Shown here: positions 60,347-64,000 of the stretch, in pieces
How positions within the stretch are numbered: the stretch's first letter is position 1
How the letters are laid out: each line of letters opens with the position of its first letter
Assembly: GCA_016184115.1 (NCBI GenBank)
Contig: JACPDH010000050.1
Coordinates: 1,701 to 65,700, forward strand
Length of the DNA stretch: 64,000 bases
Origin: Acidobacteriota bacterium
GTDB lineage: Bacteria > Acidobacteriota > Thermoanaerobaculia > Gp7-AA8
Reading direction: 5' to 3'
Made by a program: the position numbers and the translations under genes
Notes under the pieces: model-generated
What the model saw: only the letters and a program-made list of their open reading frames with translations
Told to the model about the DNA's origin: nothing
The model's database searches: none

Positions 60347-61831
60347 TCAGGAAAAGACCAGTCGGCGCCCGATGCCGACGAGGCTCTTCAGTTCCTTCGG
60401 GCTACCCGCTTCCGCGTACATGCGCGCGACGGGCTCAGTACCCGACGAACGGACGAGCAGCCAGCGGTTGCCCTCGAAGATCAACTTGACGCCGTCGGTC
60501 TTGACGACCTGCACCACCTTCAGTCCTTCGATCTCTCGCGGCGGATGCTTCAGCTTTCCCGCGAGCGCGTCGTCGAGCTGTGGCGTGAGCTTCACGTCGA
60601 CGCGTGCCGAGTAATGCGGTCCGAACTCTTCAAAGAGCTCGGAGGTCAGTTCGCTGATCCGTTTGCCGGATGTCGCCACCATCTCGGCGACGAGAAGGCA
60701 CGCAAGGATGCCGTCCTTCTCGGGCAGGTGTTTGTGAATCGAGAGCCCCGCGCTCTCCTCGCCACCCAGGGCAATCTTGTCCTCGAGGATCAGCTCGCCT
60801 ATGTACTTGAAACCGACGGGAGTCTCGTAGAGCGGCACGTCGAGTTTCTCGGCGATCTGGTCAATGACGTGCGTCGTCGCGACCGACCGCGCGAGGCCGC
60901 CGGGGAACTGACGCTGTCGCTTCAGGTAGAGCGCGACGAGGGCGATGACGTTGTTGGCGGGTACGAACCGGTCGCGCTCGTCGATGATGCCGAAGCGGTC
61001 GGCGTCACCGTCGGTCGCAAGACCGAGGTCGAGCTTCTCGTCGGCAACGAGCTTGCGGAGCTCGAGCAGGTTCTTCTGGTTGCACTCGGGGGAGTAGCCT
61101 CCGAAGTAGGGGTCGCGGTAATTGTGAATGCTTTTGATGGGGATGCCGGCACCGAGAAGAAAGAGATCGAGGTATTCGCGCGACGTGCCGTAGAGACAGT
61201 CGATGGCGATGCGAAGTCCCGACTTTCGGATCGCCTCGAGGTCGATCCGGTCGCGCAGCGCCGCGAGGTAGCGCTCGCGCGGGTCGATCGTCTCGATGAG
61301 CTCCTGCTTCGCATAGACGTCGAGGTTCGCCGCGTCCGCCTGCACTGCGTGGATCTCGCGCTCGATCGCCTGCGTGACTTCGGGGAGTGCCGGGGCTCCA
61401 CTCGCCGTCGAGAACTTCAGACCGTTCCACTCGGGCGGGTTGTGCGACGCGGTGAAGTTGATCGTGCCGTCGAGCCTGCGCCGTATCGCCTCGAACGCGG
61501 CGCATGGCGTCGGCACGTCACGATTGCAGAGATGCGCGCGAACGCCGTTCCACGAGAGGACCTTTGCGGCCTCCGCCGCGAACTTTTCCGAGAGGAATCG
61601 CGTGTCGTACGCGATCAGGATCCCCTTCTTGTCCTGACCCATGTGCCGCAGGTAGTTCACGATTCCCTGCGCGGCGATTCGCACGTTCGCAAACGTGAAG
61701 TCTTCCCCGATGATGCCGCGCCACCCTGAGGTGCCGAACCTGATCTTCTTCGTGGGCTGATGGGTCGCAGGAGACATAGGTGCAAGATTGCCCGCCGCCG
61801 CGGACATCGCTGACCCTTGAAAATACCCCAA
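60347..61831 (-). CDS. alpha-D-phosphohexomutase (phosphoglucomutase/phosphomannomutase)
   Basis: Active-site TASHNPPEWNG, GTSGWRG N-terminus, DGDADR Mg loop. Alternative starts lie at internal Met residues near the N-terminus. Confidence 0.9.
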   Translation of the reverse strand: MGYFQGSAMSAAAGNLAPMSPATHQPTKKIRFGTSGWRGIIGEDFTFANVRIAAQGIVNYLRHMGQDKKGILIAYDTRFLSEKFAAEAAKVLSWNGVRAHLCNRDVPTPCAAFEAIRRRLDGTINFTASHNPPEWNGLKFSTASGAPALPEVTQAIEREIHAVQADAANLDVYAKQELIETIDPRERYLAALRDRIDLEAIRKSGLRIAIDCLYGTSREYLDLFLLGAGIPIKSIHNYRDPYFGGYSPECNQKNLLELRKLVADEKLDLGLATDGDADRFGIIDERDRFVPANNVIALVALYLKRQRQFPGGLARSVATTHVIDQIAEKLDVPLYETPVGFKYIGELILEDKIALGGEESAGLSIHKHLPEKDGILACLLVAEMVATSGKRISELTSELFEEFGPHYSARVDVKLTPQLDDALAGKLKHPPREIEGLKVVQVVKTDGVKLIFEGNRWLLVRSSGTEPVARMYAEAGSPKELKSLVGIGRRLVFS

Positions 61832-61963
61832 AGCGAGAACGAAGTCACCGTTGCGGGACCTGGAGGAGCCCGGCCGGTCCCGCGGGATTTCGCCGCGCGG
61901 TCGTGGCGTTTCGGCTTTCGAAGGCGTTTCACTCGTAACACCCGTCGTCGAGAGAGGTGAGCG

Positions 61964-62521
61964 ATGAGGCTGTCTGCCCTGCCGTGGTTCGTCGCAGCGT
62001 TGATCGCATTCCCTGCGGCGGGCGAGTCCCGCATCCGCCTCGAGAACACTTCAGATCCATCGTCTCGCGTGACGATCGGCTTCGCGGACGCAGCTCGGAA
62101 TCCGGCGCGAGTCGAGGTCCGAGCCGATGGCGTCGCCGTGCTCGTGGTCGAGGCGCCATCGCCCAGGCTTCGCCTGCGCGGCGGCACGCTTCAAACCGAC
62201 CCGATGATCGACCTGATCGCGCGGCGGCAACTTCGCGAAGAATCGCACGCAGCGGTCCTCCACGTCGTCGACAGCTACGACACTCCGCCGCGGTTTTACG
62301 CGTTCGATGGGCCACTCGTGTACGACGACTGGGCTGGTTACCCGGCTGGCGGCGCGTGTTGTGGCGCCTACTTCGCGCCGGCGGGTGGCCATCGCGACTA
62401 CCGCTGGAGTGGAAGCCGGACGAGCGGTGGCAACCGCGGCGCGCCTACGCGGCCTGCGCGCCCTTCGACCTACGGCGGCTCGTTCCGCACGCAAGGCGTG
62501 ATCGCCCATCCGCGACACTGA
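61964..62521 (+). CDS. hypothetical secreted protein
   Basis: Signal peptide MRLSALPWFVAALIAFPAAGES, with an Arg/Gly-rich low-complexity C-terminal third. Coding status is moderately supported by GC3 only. Confidence 0.45.
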   Translation: MRLSALPWFVAALIAFPAAGESRIRLENTSDPSSRVTIGFADAARNPARVEVRADGVAVLVVEAPSPRLRLRGGTLQTDPMIDLIARRQLREESHAAVLHVVDSYDTPPRFYAFDGPLVYDDWAGYPAGGACCGAYFAPAGGHRDYRWSGSRTSGGNRGAPTRPARPSTYGGSFRTQGVIAHPRH

Positions 62522-62669
62522 CCGGGCGGCCGGCTTCGACTGAATTCCAGGCTCCGAAATCCGAATTCTTCTTTTCGCGTTACCCGCCCTGCCGCATGAC
62601 GCGGCAGATGACTTCAGCCCCGATGATTCATGAGGCTTCATGGATGACCGGGGCCAGCGTGGCGGGCCA

Positions 62670-64000
62670 ATGATCTCGTTTACAGACGTCTCGAAGCAGC
62701 ACGGCAAGCAGATTCTCTTCATCGACGCCTCGTTCCAGTTGAATCCGGGCGAGCGCATCGGCCTCGTTGGGCCTAACGGTGCCGGCAAGTCGACACTGTT
62801 CCGGATGATCGTCGGCGAGGAATCGCCCGACGACGGCGACGTGTCGATCCCGAAGAAGCTCTCGATCGGCTACTTCCGCCAGGAAGTCGATGAAATGCAG
62901 GGGCGCAGCGTCCTCGACGAGGCGATCGCCGGCTCCGGGCGCCTCGGCGACCTCCATCACGAGCTCGTCGACCTCGAGCACGCGATGTCCGATCCCGACC
63001 GCGCCGAGGAGATGGACACGATCCTCGAACGATTCGGCCACGTCCAGGAGGAGTACCAGCACCTCGGTGGCTATGAGCTCGAGGCCCGGGCACGCGAGTG
63101 CCTGCTCGGGCTCGGATTCGCGGAAGAGCAGGTCGACGGCGACGTTGGCGCACTCTCGGGCGGATGGAAGATGCGCGTCTCGATGGCGAAAGTACTTCTC
63201 GGCAGGTTCGATGTGCTGCTGCTCGACGAGCCGACGAACCATCTCGATATCGAGTCGATTCTCTGGCTGGAGAACTTCCTCAAGTCGGTCAGCTCGACGC
63301 TCTTCATGACCTCGCACGACCGCGACTTCATGAACCGGATCGTCTCGAAAATCGTCGAGATCGATGGCGGCGAGATCGTCACCTACTCGGGCAACTACGA
63401 CTTCTACGTTCGCGAGCGCGAGGTTCGTGAGGCGAACCAGGAGGCGGCGTACGCGCGCCAGCAGGCGAAGCTCGCGAAGGAACAGCGCTTCATCGAGCGA
63501 TTCTCCGCCCACGCCGCGAAGGCAGCGCAGGTGCAGAGCCGCGTCAAGGCGCTCGAAAAGATCGAGAAAGTCGAGCCGCCGAAGAAACGGCGTGTGGTGA
63601 AGTGGGACTTCCGTACACCGGGACGCTCGGGTGACGACGTCGCGATGCTCGAGAAGGTCTCGAAGAGCTTCGGCAAGCGGACGATCTATGAGTCGTTCGA
63701 CTTCCACGTCCGTCGCGGCGAGCGTTGGTGCGTGATGGGAAAGAACGGCGCGGGCAAATCGACCCTCTTGAAGATGGTCGCGGGGGCGCTCGCACCTGAC
63801 AGTGGCTCGGTCCGTCTCGGCGCGAGTCTCAGGCTCGGCTACTTCGCGCAGCAGGCGCTCGACCTCCTCGACCCGGAGCTGACGGTGATCGACCAGTTGC
63901 AGAAGGACTTTCCGATGGAGGGGCTGGGAACGATCCGCAACCTTCTCGGCGCGTTCCAGTTCTCGGGCGATGATGTCGACAAACGGGTCCGGACGCTCTC
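62670..64000 (+). CDS. ABC-F family ATPase (3'-truncated by the window end)
   Basis: Not in the ORF track because it is open-ended. Read from the sequence: MISFTDVSKQHG..., first NBD GPNGAGKST, LSGGWKMR, LLLDEPTNHLD, a coiled linker, and a second Walker A GKNGAGKST. Confidence 0.9.
   Translation, partial: MISFTDVSKQHGKQILFIDASFQLNPGERIGLVGPNGAGKSTLFRMIVGEESPDDGDVSIPKKLSIGYFRQEVDEMQGRSVLDEAIAGSGRLGDLHHELVDLEHAMSDPDRAEEMDTILERFGHVQEEYQHLGGYELEARARECLLGLGFAEEQVDGDVGALSGGWKMRVSMAKVLLGRFDVLLLDEPTNHLDIESILWLENFLKSVSSTLFMTSHDRDFMNRIVSKIVEIDGGEIVTYSGNYDFYVREREVREANQEAAYARQQAKLAKEQRFIERFSAHAAKAAQVQSRVKALEKIEKVEPPKKRRVVKWDFRTPGRSGDDVAMLEKVSKSFGKRTIYESFDFHVRRGERWCVMGKNGAGKSTLLKMVAGALAPDSGSVRLGASLRLGYFAQQALDLLDPELTVIDQLQKDFPMEGLGTIRNLLGAFQFSGDDVDKRVRTL

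Noticed and set aside
62051-62788. 245-aa minus-strand ORF overlapping the secreted hypothetical gene and the ABC-F start
   Set aside because: Arg/Ala/Pro-rich shadow ORF. It overlaps the clear ABC-F N-terminus on the opposite strand.
1-64000. Apparent excess of GTTAGG(C) on the + strand (about 14 seen), often as the rare Leu codon TTA followed by GGC; considered as a Chi-like or uptake signal
   Set aside because: A rough base-composition estimate gives about 20 or more occurrences on both strands combined, similar to what I saw (about 14 plus about 6). The strand skew is not convincing without a proper count.

Overview
GC-rich bacterial chromosomal segment with strong GC3 bias. Gene content loosely suggests an Acidobacteriota- or Deltaproteobacteria-like lineage, but that is a weak inference. 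I call about 60 protein genes, all from motifs read by eye in the supplied translations; no database search was possible and many start codons are approximate. I saw no rRNA, tRNA, CRISPR array, transposase, integrase or phage genes.

Most of the window is housekeeping:
- translation, division and repair genes: tyrS, gatC/gatA, ribH-nusB, rsmA, ftsY, addB/addA
- heme A and cytochrome oxidase assembly genes: ctaA-ctaB-SCO1-DUF420
- a trxA-led MoxR/DUF58/BatABCD aerotolerance-type operon
- sugar-nucleotide genes and a 5'-partial-free, 3'-truncated ABC-F ATPase that runs off the window end and is absent from the ORF track

Three things stand out:
1. A roughly 12.4 kb, 11-gene chemosensory-like operon (19479-31965). 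It has CheA, CheW, CheR, CheB and two CheY, but no methyl-accepting receptor. Instead it carries an ExeA-like AAA+ ATPase wedged between cheA and cheW, a 741-aa HEAT-repeat protein, a zinc-ribbon pseudo-receiver and two GAF proteins. This is my best candidate for an undescribed system.
2. An Rdx/SelW-like selenoprotein gene (14462-14689) with an in-frame UGA at the CxxU position. The ORF track misses it, and it is translationally coupled to a PP2C phosphatase.
3. Several families of long intergenic palindromes and inverted heptanucleotide (STRR-like) arrays. Some abut or supply gene ends, including the stop codons of addA, a zinc-ribbon gene and a ferredoxin.

Many long ORFs in the track are alternative-frame or antisense artefacts of the high GC content and were rejected.
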